Positions 9,085 through 17,095 of a stretch of DNA of 55,661 nt are shown piece after piece. The stretch covers positions 1 through 55,661 of the forward strand of contig JBBQYC010000002.1 of the NCBI GenBank assembly GCA_038209015.1, written 5' to 3'. Source of the stretch: Candidatus Saccharimonadales bacterium. GTDB taxonomy: Bacteria > Patescibacteriota > Saccharimonadia > Saccharimonadales > JBBQYC01. The translations under genes were made by a program, and so were the position numbers. Position 1 is the stretch's first letter. Every line of letters starts with the position of its first letter. The notes under the pieces were generated by a model. The model saw nothing but the letters and a program-made list of their open reading frames with translations. It did no database searches and had not been told where the DNA came from.

Positions 9085-9121
9085 AAAAAAGGCTTTTGTG
9101 ATCTCGTGAGTCACACAAGCC
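9085..9121 (-). terminator. terminator-like hairpin oriented for the minus strand
   Basis: GGCTTTTGTGA/TCACACAAGCC pairs at 10 of 11 positions, with a run of six A on the plus strand 5' side (a U-tract on the minus strand). The transcript it would terminate is unclear. Confidence 0.3.
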
Positions 9122-9276
9122 CTTAGTGTGATGATACAGCTTTTTCTTTAAGTAGGTCTTTTAGCGTACTTACCGCCTCTGACAGTCAAGGTAGTATAAG
9201 TCTCCACCTTAACATAAGCGAACCTGGCCCGTGCTCCCTAGGCGTTAAAAAAGTAAAGCGCCAAAGGAGGTGTAGT

Positions 9277-9576
9277 ATGAATTTATTAACTAAAAACGAG
9301 TTGGCAAAAATGCCACTTATCAACACTCAAGAAGAAGTAGAGCTTGATGAGAAAATGGCGTATTTCAAATTCTTTACACCATGGACGCATTGGACGTGGT
9401 ACGCCATGGAGTCCGACGGTTCACACTACTGCTTCGGCTTTGTCGAAGGCATGGAGGACGAGCTAGGCTACTTCTCACTAAGGGAGCTAGCCAAGGTCAA
9501 AGGGCCGTTTGGTCTCAAGATCGAGAAAGATCGGTACTTTGAGCCGACCAAGTTCAAAGACATAAAGCGTCTTTAG
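9277..9576 (+). CDS. DUF2958 family protein
   Basis: The pattern FKFFTPWTHWTWYAMESDGS..CFGFVEG.EDELGYFSLRELA......LKIEKDRYFEP matches my memory of the DUF2958 signature, which is common on plasmids and ICEs. Strong SD AAGGAGG. Confidence 0.65.
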   Translation: MNLLTKNELAKMPLINTQEEVELDEKMAYFKFFTPWTHWTWYAMESDGSHYCFGFVEGMEDELGYFSLRELAKVKGPFGLKIEKDRYFEPTKFKDIKRL

Positions 9577-9607
9577 CTTTACAGTCCTGAGCAAGACTAA
9601 AAACTGC

Positions 9608-10330
9608 TTACTTATTAAAACGATTTTTGATTTTCCAATAAGGACTACTCCAAAAGCGGTACCTTACAATATCCAGCTTCTTAACTTTTGGTAGATAAGA
9701 TACTTTTCCATTAATGACTTTTTTGGCTTGCCTCTTGCCACCCTCAATTTTGGCGCCAGGTAAACGTTCAAATCTTCTTTTGATAATTCTAGGAGGTTTG
9801 ATACTGGATGCATCTCCTCTAGGGCTGGGAGGTATGCTGACAACCCTAAAGTTGACCCCCACCGAATTCTCATACTCAACCCATATTTGCTGATCGCAAG
9901 TAGCATTACAGCCCTCAAACTGTACTCCAGCTAACTTAAATTCCAAAGAGTCTCTAATACCTAAGACTGCTCTGGATATCTCTTCTTCAGCATCAAGAGC
10001 TTTTACAGAAAATCGTTCACCAGCAAACTGTTCATAAAAATGCACATACAGATTGTAAGCGGGTTCGTTACTTGCGTTACTCACAGTTATGTAGCTAGTC
10101 CAGTTATTTCCTTTAGTTTTTTTACTGCGAACCTCAAAGTTTACGTGTGGAACTTTGCTCTCCAGCCTAGGTATAAGTTTTTTTAAAGTGTTAAAAATAG
10201 TGTTCTTAAATATAAATGCAAGCAAAGCTATAGAAGCGGCCGCTAGAACAGCCTCTAGAATATTCAGAATTAAACCGTTACTGTACAGCCAGATCCAGAT
10301 AGAATTTAAAGCGTTTAGTGCTGTCTCCAT
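9608..10330 (-). CDS. membrane-anchored hypothetical protein
   Basis: It has an N-terminal hydrophobic helix and a basic C-terminus. It lies immediately downstream of the replication-relaxation gene with a 2-nt gap. Confidence 0.5.
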   Translation of the reverse strand: METALNALNSIWIWLYSNGLILNILEAVLAAASIALLAFIFKNTIFNTLKKLIPRLESKVPHVNFEVRSKKTKGNNWTSYITVSNASNEPAYNLYVHFYEQFAGERFSVKALDAEEEISRAVLGIRDSLEFKLAGVQFEGCNATCDQQIWVEYENSVGVNFRVVSIPPSPRGDASSIKPPRIIKRRFERLPGAKIEGGKRQAKKVINGKVSYLPKVKKLDIVRYRFWSSPYWKIKNRFNK

Positions 10331-10332
10331 GC

Positions 10333-11034
10333 TTAGTAGTTTACTTTTTTAGGTACTACTTTAAAAGAAAGGTCATCCTCGTCTAAATATGACTCTTCCA
10401 TCTTCTCATCAACATATTCTTTTAGCTTGCGGCAGTCGGCCTTAGACTTGCGGATAATGTGAACATCTGGGTATTTATCCCACTCCCAATCATCTGATTC
10501 ATAGTGATCTATATATTTTCTGATACGTTTTTTAGCTATGAACAAGTGCTGGCCGTCGGTTAGCTCAATAAAGTAGTGGTTTCCATTCTTTGGCTTCACA
10601 TACAAGCTCGGTAGGGGTTTTATCATACCTTCGATAGTAGATATTTCTGGTCCGGTCATAATCACTACACCAGTGCCTACTATGGCAATGTAAGCGCCAT
10701 GTATGGATACCTGCAGGTCTATAAAGTCTTCCGACTTTGTGCGCTCTCTCAGCCGGCTAGCTAGGCTGTCCTTGTCTATGTCTGGCATGTTTTGCTGAAT
10801 ATACTTAATAGCTTTTGGCGCTAGGTAATACCTGGCTGATTTGTTCTGTAGGCGATAGCTCTTTTTATATATCTTACCTAAGTAGTCTCTACTGTGAAGT
10901 ATCTGTAGGGCACTGTAGGCAGCATTGGTTGAAGTGTTTCTATGTTTAGCTAGATTATCTGTAGTTACATAACGAAAGCGGTAGACGAGTTGTAGTAAGT
11001 TGGATTGTTTTTGGTTTAGTTTTCTCTCGTACAT
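10333..11034 (-). CDS. replication-relaxation family protein
   Basis: The N-terminal winged-helix-like region QSNLLQLVYRFRYVTTDNLAKH....AYSALQILHSRDYLGKI resembles the Replic_Relax family of actinobacterial plasmids and AICEs. Confidence 0.55.
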   Translation of the reverse strand: MYERKLNQKQSNLLQLVYRFRYVTTDNLAKHRNTSTNAAYSALQILHSRDYLGKIYKKSYRLQNKSARYYLAPKAIKYIQQNMPDIDKDSLASRLRERTKSEDFIDLQVSIHGAYIAIVGTGVVIMTGPEISTIEGMIKPLPSLYVKPKNGNHYFIELTDGQHLFIAKKRIRKYIDHYESDDWEWDKYPDVHIIRKSKADCRKLKEYVDEKMEESYLDEDDLSFKVVPKKVNY

Positions 11035-11097
11035 ATACGTAGTATAAAGGAGAGAACAAGAATTAGTATAATAAACAGGGGTGAATGTAGTTAAAAG

Positions 11098-11117
11098 TTA
11101 TAATTTCGGAATTATAA
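11098..11117. promoter_or_regulatory. 8-bp-arm palindrome in the divergent control region
   Basis: TTATAATT tcgg AATTATAA lies between the divergent replication-relaxation and recombinase operons. A second inverted repeat, CTATAAC...GTTATAG, is at about 11165-11189. A possible promoter TTGAAT-17-TAAACT is at 11139-11167. Confidence 0.35.
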
Positions 11118-11198
11118 GAATAATACAACGTTTTATCCTTGAATAATGCTTATTTAGGTAGTAAACTATAACTATATAGGTAGGTTATAGGGGGTAAA

Positions 11199-11336
11199 AT
11201 GGGTAGAAGAAAAGGATCAACCAACAAGCCAAAACCGGAACTCAGTCTAGAGGACCGAATGGAAATACTTGCCAAACTACTCATTGAAACCGTTGAAGAC
11301 GAACTAAAGGGTCACGGGCATGCTACAGAAAGCTAA
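11199..11336 (+). CDS. small basic protein (45 aa), candidate recombination directionality/DNA-binding factor
   Basis: This ORF is not in the track because it is under 60 aa. ATG at 11199 is preceded by AGGGGG. It translates to MGRRKGSTNKPKPELSLEDRMEILAKLLIETVEDELKGHGHATES. It overlaps the recombinase start by 17 nt. Confidence 0.4.
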   Translation: MGRRKGSTNKPKPELSLEDRMEILAKLLIETVEDELKGHGHATES

Positions 11337-13032
11337 TGTAAATGCCGTAGCAGCCATACGCGTGTCTACAACCAAACAAGGCACAGACGGTGACTCGCCC
11401 GAAGCCCAACGTGAACAAATTGAACGCTTCGCAGAAACCCGTGGTATTAACATCAAGCAATACTTCGTTTTCCTAGAATCAGCTAGCAAAGAGCAGCAAC
11501 CCATTCAGCAAGCGATTGATTTCTGCAAGAACCCTAAGAACGGCATAAACCTGTTCATTATTAAATCGATTGACCGTTTTACGCGCGGTGGCTCTGATGT
11601 ATACAATCCGCTAAAACTACAACTCGACCAGGCAGGAGTGTCACTAGTAGACATTTACGGTGTTATTGGTGGCCAGAAAGTTAACACACTGGACCACCTT
11701 GGATTTGAATACAACTGGAGCATATATTCACCAACTAAAAAGTCCGAGATACTGGAAGCCGAAAGGTCAAAGGACGAACTACGCGACATATTGAGCCGTG
11801 TTATCGGTGCCGAAATACGCTACACCCAGCTCGGCTACTGGATGCGCCAGACACCTTATGGATTTACAAGCGAGAAAGTCGAAACACAGCACGGTAAACG
11901 CACAATACTAAAACCTCACCCAGAAGAAGCTACATTCATAGAACAGATATTTAAGCTAAGAGCCGGAAACTACCTAACGGACCAACAAATTGTCGATAAA
12001 CTGAACGACCAGGGCTTTAAAACTCGAGTCCGCAACGTTCGTAGTAAACATGACCGTACCAAGATAGTCCGTCAAACTGGCGGTCAACCACTCAGCGTAA
12101 AGGCGATGCAGAAGTTACTGCACAATCATCTGTATGCAGGCATCATTTGCGAGAAATGGTCTGACAATAAGCCCACTAAAGCCGCGTTTGATGGCCTGGT
12201 AAGTATTGCACTGTTCAATAAAGCTAACCGTGGCAAGAAAGTTATAGACGTTGATGAGCAAGGCGACTACACAATCACTAAGTCCGAAGCACCCAAAAAC
12301 GTGCTCAATCGAGGCAAAAAGACTATGGAGTTTTCATTCAGAAGGTTTGTACTGTGCCCAGAGTGCGAAAAGCCGCTACTTGGTAGTGCGTCTAGAGGGA
12401 AAAACGGAAAATACTATCCGGCCTATCACTGTAGTAATCATGGCCACTATTTTAGAGTGCCGAAGGATGAACTAGAAGAAAGCGTCGATGCGTTTGTGAA
12501 GCAGTTTGTTGTGCCCAAAGAACGCGTGGATGATGTTATGACACTAGTGCGCAAACTGTACGAAAAGCACCGCGAGGAAGCCCTGAAAGAGCTAGAAACC
12601 ATAGACGAACGTATAACTGCACTACGCACAGAGTCAGAGATGATTATAAATAAGCTGAAGGTGCTGAATAATCAGACAGCGTTGCAGTACCTAGAGGCAG
12701 ACCTCGAACGTATCGAAAAACAAATAACTGTATTGCAGGCCAAGAAAAATAAGCAAGATAACGAAAAAGACGTAAAAATGGAGCATGCACTGGACCGCAT
12801 AGAATATTTCCTGGAAAACCTTGATGAACTACTGCTAAAACAGAGGTCACCAGTTAAAAAATCACTGTTTTTCAAGGCACTATTCACAAAACTGCCAACC
12901 TACGAAGAAATAAAACCTGGAAACACAAAAACACCCCTTTTTACAGGGGTGAATTCGCTTGCTCAGATGGTAACATCTAAAAATTCTCTTATGGTGATCC
13001 CGAGGGGAATCGAACCCCTATTGCCAGGATGA
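11320..13032 (+). CDS. large serine recombinase
   Basis: It has the resolvase catalytic motif AAIRVSTTKQG and a recombinase domain. A zinc-ribbon is present (CPECEKPLLGSASRGKNGKYYPAYHCSNHGH), followed by a C-terminal coiled coil. The last 41 nt overlap the tRNA-Glu on the opposite strand. Confidence 0.85.
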   Translation: MLQKANVNAVAAIRVSTTKQGTDGDSPEAQREQIERFAETRGINIKQYFVFLESASKEQQPIQQAIDFCKNPKNGINLFIIKSIDRFTRGGSDVYNPLKLQLDQAGVSLVDIYGVIGGQKVNTLDHLGFEYNWSIYSPTKKSEILEAERSKDELRDILSRVIGAEIRYTQLGYWMRQTPYGFTSEKVETQHGKRTILKPHPEEATFIEQIFKLRAGNYLTDQQIVDKLNDQGFKTRVRNVRSKHDRTKIVRQTGGQPLSVKAMQKLLHNHLYAGIICEKWSDNKPTKAAFDGLVSIALFNKANRGKKVIDVDEQGDYTITKSEAPKNVLNRGKKTMEFSFRRFVLCPECEKPLLGSASRGKNGKYYPAYHCSNHGHYFRVPKDELEESVDAFVKQFVVPKERVDDVMTLVRKLYEKHREEALKELETIDERITALRTESEMIINKLKVLNNQTALQYLEADLERIEKQITVLQAKKNKQDNEKDVKMEHALDRIEYFLENLDELLLKQRSPVKKSLFFKALFTKLPTYEEIKPGNTKTPLFTGVNSLAQMVTSKNSLMVIPRGIEPLLPG

Positions 13033-13066
13033 GAACCTGGTGTCCTAACCGTTAGACGACGGGACC
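12992..13066 (-). tRNA. tRNA-Glu (anticodon CUC), CCA encoded
   Basis: The hand-folded cloverleaf is GGTCCCG TC GTCT AACGGTTA GGAC A CCAGG TTCTCAT CCTGG CAAT AGGGG TTCGATT CCCCT CGGGATC A CCA. All stems pair, with one G-U in the acceptor stem and one in the D stem. Confidence 0.9.
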
Positions 13067-13109
13067 GTATTGGTCTGTGTTGATTTTAAAGTACTTGCTC
13101 GTTCTGGCC

Positions 13110-13192
13110 ATTGCCAGGATGGCTTATTTATTTTCCTTGTCTCCGACAAGAGCTGGTGTCCCTGCCTACCGGCAGGCAGGCTAACCGTTAGA
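13110..13192 (-). pseudogene. tRNA-Glu-derived mosaic fragment (5' two-thirds, interrupted)
   Basis: Three blocks are identical to the real tRNA. They are ATTGCCAGGATG (13110-13121), CTGGTGTCC (13153-13161) and CTAACCGTTAGA (13181-13192). Hairpin-containing insertions of 31 nt and 19 nt separate them. There is no T-arm or 3' acceptor strand. Confidence 0.5.
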
Positions 13193-13254
13193 TGTATCCC
13201 GTAGTATCTTAACAAGATTACTACTGGGACGATGAGGCCGCGTCGATTGTGTAA

Positions 13255-13314
13255 TTCTTTGGTTTTCAAGTTTGCCGAAAAACAAGTTGCTCGGCAAACT
13301 TGAAAACCAAAGAA
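13255..13314. repeat. perfect 24-bp-stem palindrome
   Basis: TTCTTTGGTTTTCAAGTTTGCCGA (13255-13278) and its exact reverse complement (13291-13314) flank a 12-nt loop. There is no flanking T-tract on either strand. Confidence 0.85.
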
Positions 13315-13530
13315 AGCCATCTCCTTTACATATTCTAAACACACAAGTCTTGGTATGGAAATATCTAAACCAGCCGAAGCATATCATAACAGGGGTAGAG
13401 CGTCTACTCAATATTCATTGAATTCGTGTATACTTAAGCGTAAGCACTCAATAGAGAATAAATGTATGGTGGGAACAAAAATACCTAATAATAAATCAGA
13501 CCAGTTTAGCGCAGAACAGGATACTTTTAC

Positions 13531-15261
13531 ATGCAGTATGTAGCTGATAAATGGTATGTATATTTTACGCGTATTACCACGGTATTTGCGCTGGTATTCT
13601 TTATAGCGACTATTGTTGACCTCACTGTTCCAGGCTTAAAAGAAATAGGCCTGGAGTATGGCCTTTCGCTCGTAACGCTCGGTCTCACGGGGCTGCATCT
13701 GTTGTTTGTGGTCACGCTATACCGTTATGTTAAACGTAATAATGGCATAGCGGCCGCTTCACTCTTACTGGCTTTTTTATTCATGATGAACCTCGTAAAT
13801 CTCATCCATAGCACCGGCAGGCTTCATTCGTACTACCATGGCGTATGGATCCTGCTTGTACTAGCGAGCGGCATGTTCGGCCCGTATGCAATGATTGGGT
13901 TCTGTTTCTTAACGACCTTATACATGTTGCTTATAGCTACAGATATACCAGGACAGTTCTCGCTCGATCTATTCAGTTTCATTGCCGCCTTAGCGGTATA
14001 CCTGATAGCAATTGGAGGTTACTATGCATGGAGGCGTGTCTGTATCGACCAGGAAAGCGCGCAGGTAACTAAGCTTTCCGGGCAGCTTCAGGACACAAAA
14101 AAGCAAGCAGAAATATTAGTGCAGAGTATTAAAGACGGCGTCATCGTGACTGATCATACAGGTCAGATTAAACTCATTAACCCTGCTGCCGCAAAGATGA
14201 TTGGATGGCCGGTGGCTGAAGCGCAGGGAATTGACGTGAATCTTGTCTTGAAACTAAAGCAAGAAAATGGCTCCGAGCTTTCTGATGAGCTCAATCCGTT
14301 TAAGACAGTACTGTCGAGTGGACAACCCGCAGATGCATCATATCAGTTGATGAAGAAAGATAATTCGTCGGTCATTGTCTCATTGGCTGTAACACCGGTT
14401 CTGAACAAACAGGGTCAAAAGCCAACTGGCACAGCCGCGATTATTCGAGATATAAGTGTGTCGCGGGCTGAAGAAGCTAAGCGTGCTGAGTTTATTAGCA
14501 CTGCTAGCCATGAAATGCGCACGCCAGTCGCGGCAATCGAAGGGTATTTACAACTGGCACTGAATGATAAAGTAGCAACCATCGATACCAAAGCGCGCAG
14601 TTTTCTTGATAAAGCCCTGGATTCAACTCACCATCTAGGCAAACTCTTCCAAGACTTACTTACGAGCGCTAAGGCTGAAGATGGACGACTTGTTAGCCAT
14701 CCGACAGTTGTTGAGATGTCTGAATACTTACAAAAGCTCACCGATGGGCTTAAGTTCGCTGCCGAAAAAAAAGGTTTGCTTCTTGAATTCAAACTCGGAG
14801 CCGGGCAGGGTGAAACAACGAGTAATGTGAACGGTAACTTAGTGCGGCCTCTTTACTATGTCCATGTAGATCCGGATAGGCTGCGCGAAGTTATCACCAA
14901 TTTGTTTGATAATGCTGTCAAATACACTGAGCGCGGCAAAATAACGGTCGGCCTCACCGGTAACCCTGATGTTGTACAGCTATTTGTACGAGATACAGGA
15001 GCCGGTATTCCTAAAGATGATGTTCCACATTTGTTCCAAAAGTTCTACCGTGTAGACAATTCATCGACACGAACAATAGGTGGTACAGGCCTAGGCCTAT
15101 TTATATGTAAGCAGATAATTGACCTCTATCACGGAAACATCTGGGTCGATAGCGATACCGGCAAGGGTAGTACGTTTTATATAAATTTGCCACGATTATC
15201 TACACAGAAAGCAACTGATTTACAAAAAGTAGAACAGGAACAGTCAGCTTTAACCAATTAA
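13531..15261 (+). CDS. membrane sensor histidine kinase with PAS domain
   Basis: The N-terminus has about 5-6 TM helices, followed by a PAS-like segment (ILVQSIKDGVIVTDHTGQIKLINPAAAKMIGW). The H-box is SHEMRTPV, the N-box NLFDNAVKYT, and the G-boxes DTGAGI and GGTGLGL. Confidence 0.85.
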   Translation: MQYVADKWYVYFTRITTVFALVFFIATIVDLTVPGLKEIGLEYGLSLVTLGLTGLHLLFVVTLYRYVKRNNGIAAASLLLAFLFMMNLVNLIHSTGRLHSYYHGVWILLVLASGMFGPYAMIGFCFLTTLYMLLIATDIPGQFSLDLFSFIAALAVYLIAIGGYYAWRRVCIDQESAQVTKLSGQLQDTKKQAEILVQSIKDGVIVTDHTGQIKLINPAAAKMIGWPVAEAQGIDVNLVLKLKQENGSELSDELNPFKTVLSSGQPADASYQLMKKDNSSVIVSLAVTPVLNKQGQKPTGTAAIIRDISVSRAEEAKRAEFISTASHEMRTPVAAIEGYLQLALNDKVATIDTKARSFLDKALDSTHHLGKLFQDLLTSAKAEDGRLVSHPTVVEMSEYLQKLTDGLKFAAEKKGLLLEFKLGAGQGETTSNVNGNLVRPLYYVHVDPDRLREVITNLFDNAVKYTERGKITVGLTGNPDVVQLFVRDTGAGIPKDDVPHLFQKFYRVDNSSTRTIGGTGLGLFICKQIIDLYHGNIWVDSDTGKGSTFYINLPRLSTQKATDLQKVEQEQSALTN

Positions 15262-15332
15262 CTCTTTGATAGGCCCGTCCAGCATGATAAAATATATGAA
15301 ATTAAGCATGAGCAAGATATACTGAGAAACAT

Positions 15333-17081
15333 ATGACAAAAGTAATGCTTGTCGAAGACGACAACAATTTAAGAGAAATTTATGAAGCCCGCCTATTAGC
15401 GGAAGGGTACGACATCGTAACAGCCAAAGATGGCGAAGAAGCGCTGGCGATGGCAGTTAAAGAAAAACCAGACCTTATCATTTCAGATGTCATGATGCCG
15501 AAAATAAGCGGGTTTGATATGCTCGATATTTTGCGTAGCACTCCTGAAACCAAAAATACGAAGGTTATAATGATGACAGCCCTAAGCCAAGCTGAAGACA
15601 AAATCCGAGCTGACAAGCTGGGAGCTGATAAATATCTTGTAAAGTCACAGGTAACGCTTGAAGATGTAGCCCGGGCCGCTCGCGAAGTTATAAGCGGCGA
15701 AACAACTCCACCGCCAGTGCAAGAAGAAACTCCAGAAGTACAATCACCAGAACCAGTTAATACTACTCCGCAACCCGCACCGGCTATGCCAGATCCTTTG
15801 GCAGTAGCGCCACCGGTGGTGCCAACGACTATCCAGCCTACTCCACCAGTACCTTTAGATGAACCTGTACAGGCTCCGCCAGTACAAACGCCAGTCCAAG
15901 ATATGGCTGCAATGCAACCTGACCCATTAGTCGTCAATCCATTACAACAACCTAATGATACGGCAGCTCAAGGTGGTGGAGATGCAACAATTATTCAACC
16001 AGCACCGGGAGGCGCGCCGCCTGACCCAAAAGCTGATGTCGCCTCGGCAGTTCCAGCTGAGAGCGACGCAACACCAGAACTACCATCTCTTACAGAAGAA
16101 AACCAAATAGTCGAAGATCAAATTCATAAGTTTGAAGAGTCCATTGTAGCTGATACGCCCACTCATCTAGAAGTGAGTGAAGAAGCTACAAACTTTGCTA
16201 TACCTACTACAGAGACAAATGAATCGCAATCAGAGCAACCTGTGCAGCTACCTGCGCCAGTGACCGCAGAAGTACCAGAAGAAGCAGCCCCACAGCCTCC
16301 GGCAGATTTAAGCGTCCCGCTTGATTTATCTATAAATGAACCTGATGTACCTTTGTCTGATGTACCTCAAACATCACCTGGTTCGGTAAGCGTCGCCGCC
16401 GATCCGTATGCAGTTGCTCCTCCGCCTCCACCACCTCTAGTTGCTTCTCCAGTTATGAACGGCTCTCAGGCAGTCGATACCGTTGTTGCAGCGCCAATCA
16501 ACCAGCCAGCGGCTACTGTTCCCGCACCGAACCAACCAGCTCCAGCTCCTAATACGATCAGTCCGACTGTTATTGCACCTACAAACCCTCCATCTCCTAA
16601 CGAAACTGGCGTAGCGGTTGATGCTTACGGCGTAGCTCAACCCCCGCAAACCGCCCCGCAACGTAATGCACCGACATATGCAGGAAGCGTACCTATTGCT
16701 AATAAGAAGGTAATCCAGCCGTTGACCGATCCGAGCAAGCCTAGCTTCCAAGATATCCTCGCTAAACAAGCTCAGCCCCAAGTCCCTACCGGCGATACAA
16801 ACGCCCAGCCAGCTCCGGTCATGTCATCTGCTGTCCCGGCACCAAGCGAAGCCGCTCCGAATATTCCTATACAGCAAACAAACCCTGTAGCGCAACAGAC
16901 TTTAGCTATACAAAACGATGCGAGGACCATAGTTCAGGAACCGCGATCGAATCCAAACGCTCCACAAGCACCCCCGCAGAGCCAAATTGAAAAACAAGTG
17001 CCAGGCAGTCAATCGCCTAACCAACCTGCAGCAGCAAACCCTGCTGAAGCGACCTTTGATCCAAGCAATATCGCCTTATAG
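15333..17081 (+). CDS. response regulator receiver domain fused to a ~460-aa Pro/Ala/Gln-rich low-complexity tail
   Basis: A canonical REC domain occupies the first ~120 aa (VEDD..., IISDVMMP, MMTALS, KYLVKS). The remainder is P/A/Q/T-rich with no recognisable output domain. Confidence 0.8.
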   Translation: MTKVMLVEDDNNLREIYEARLLAEGYDIVTAKDGEEALAMAVKEKPDLIISDVMMPKISGFDMLDILRSTPETKNTKVIMMTALSQAEDKIRADKLGADKYLVKSQVTLEDVARAAREVISGETTPPPVQEETPEVQSPEPVNTTPQPAPAMPDPLAVAPPVVPTTIQPTPPVPLDEPVQAPPVQTPVQDMAAMQPDPLVVNPLQQPNDTAAQGGGDATIIQPAPGGAPPDPKADVASAVPAESDATPELPSLTEENQIVEDQIHKFEESIVADTPTHLEVSEEATNFAIPTTETNESQSEQPVQLPAPVTAEVPEEAAPQPPADLSVPLDLSINEPDVPLSDVPQTSPGSVSVAADPYAVAPPPPPPLVASPVMNGSQAVDTVVAAPINQPAATVPAPNQPAPAPNTISPTVIAPTNPPSPNETGVAVDAYGVAQPPQTAPQRNAPTYAGSVPIANKKVIQPLTDPSKPSFQDILAKQAQPQVPTGDTNAQPAPVMSSAVPAPSEAAPNIPIQQTNPVAQQTLAIQNDARTIVQEPRSNPNAPQAPPQSQIEKQVPGSQSPNQPAAANPAEATFDPSNIAL

Positions 17082-17095
17082 CGTATACTTTTGCC

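Larger units (their letters stand above)
1869..13032. mobile_element. putative ~11-kb integrative (mobilisable) element at tRNA-Glu
   Basis: The right end is a large serine recombinase overlapping the tRNA 3' end. The interior holds replication-relaxation, DUF2958 and XRE genes plus surface and glycosylation cargo. The left limit is set only by the degenerate att-like repeat at 1851-1868. Confidence 0.45.

Noticed and set aside
13045-13411. Minus-strand ORFs 13045-13344 and 13181-13411 in the tRNA-proximal intergenic region.
   Set aside because: They run through the tRNA, the tRNA-derived fragment and the 24-bp palindrome. The translations are Cys/Arg/Phe-rich and have no SD. The region is better explained as structured non-coding DNA.
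15380-16781. Minus-strand ORFs 15380-15937 and 16437-16781 opposite the response-regulator gene.
   Set aside because: These are Gly/Ser/Cys/Arg-rich low-complexity translations produced by the antisense of a Pro/Ala-rich coding region. They have no start context, and the plus-strand gene has a clear REC domain.
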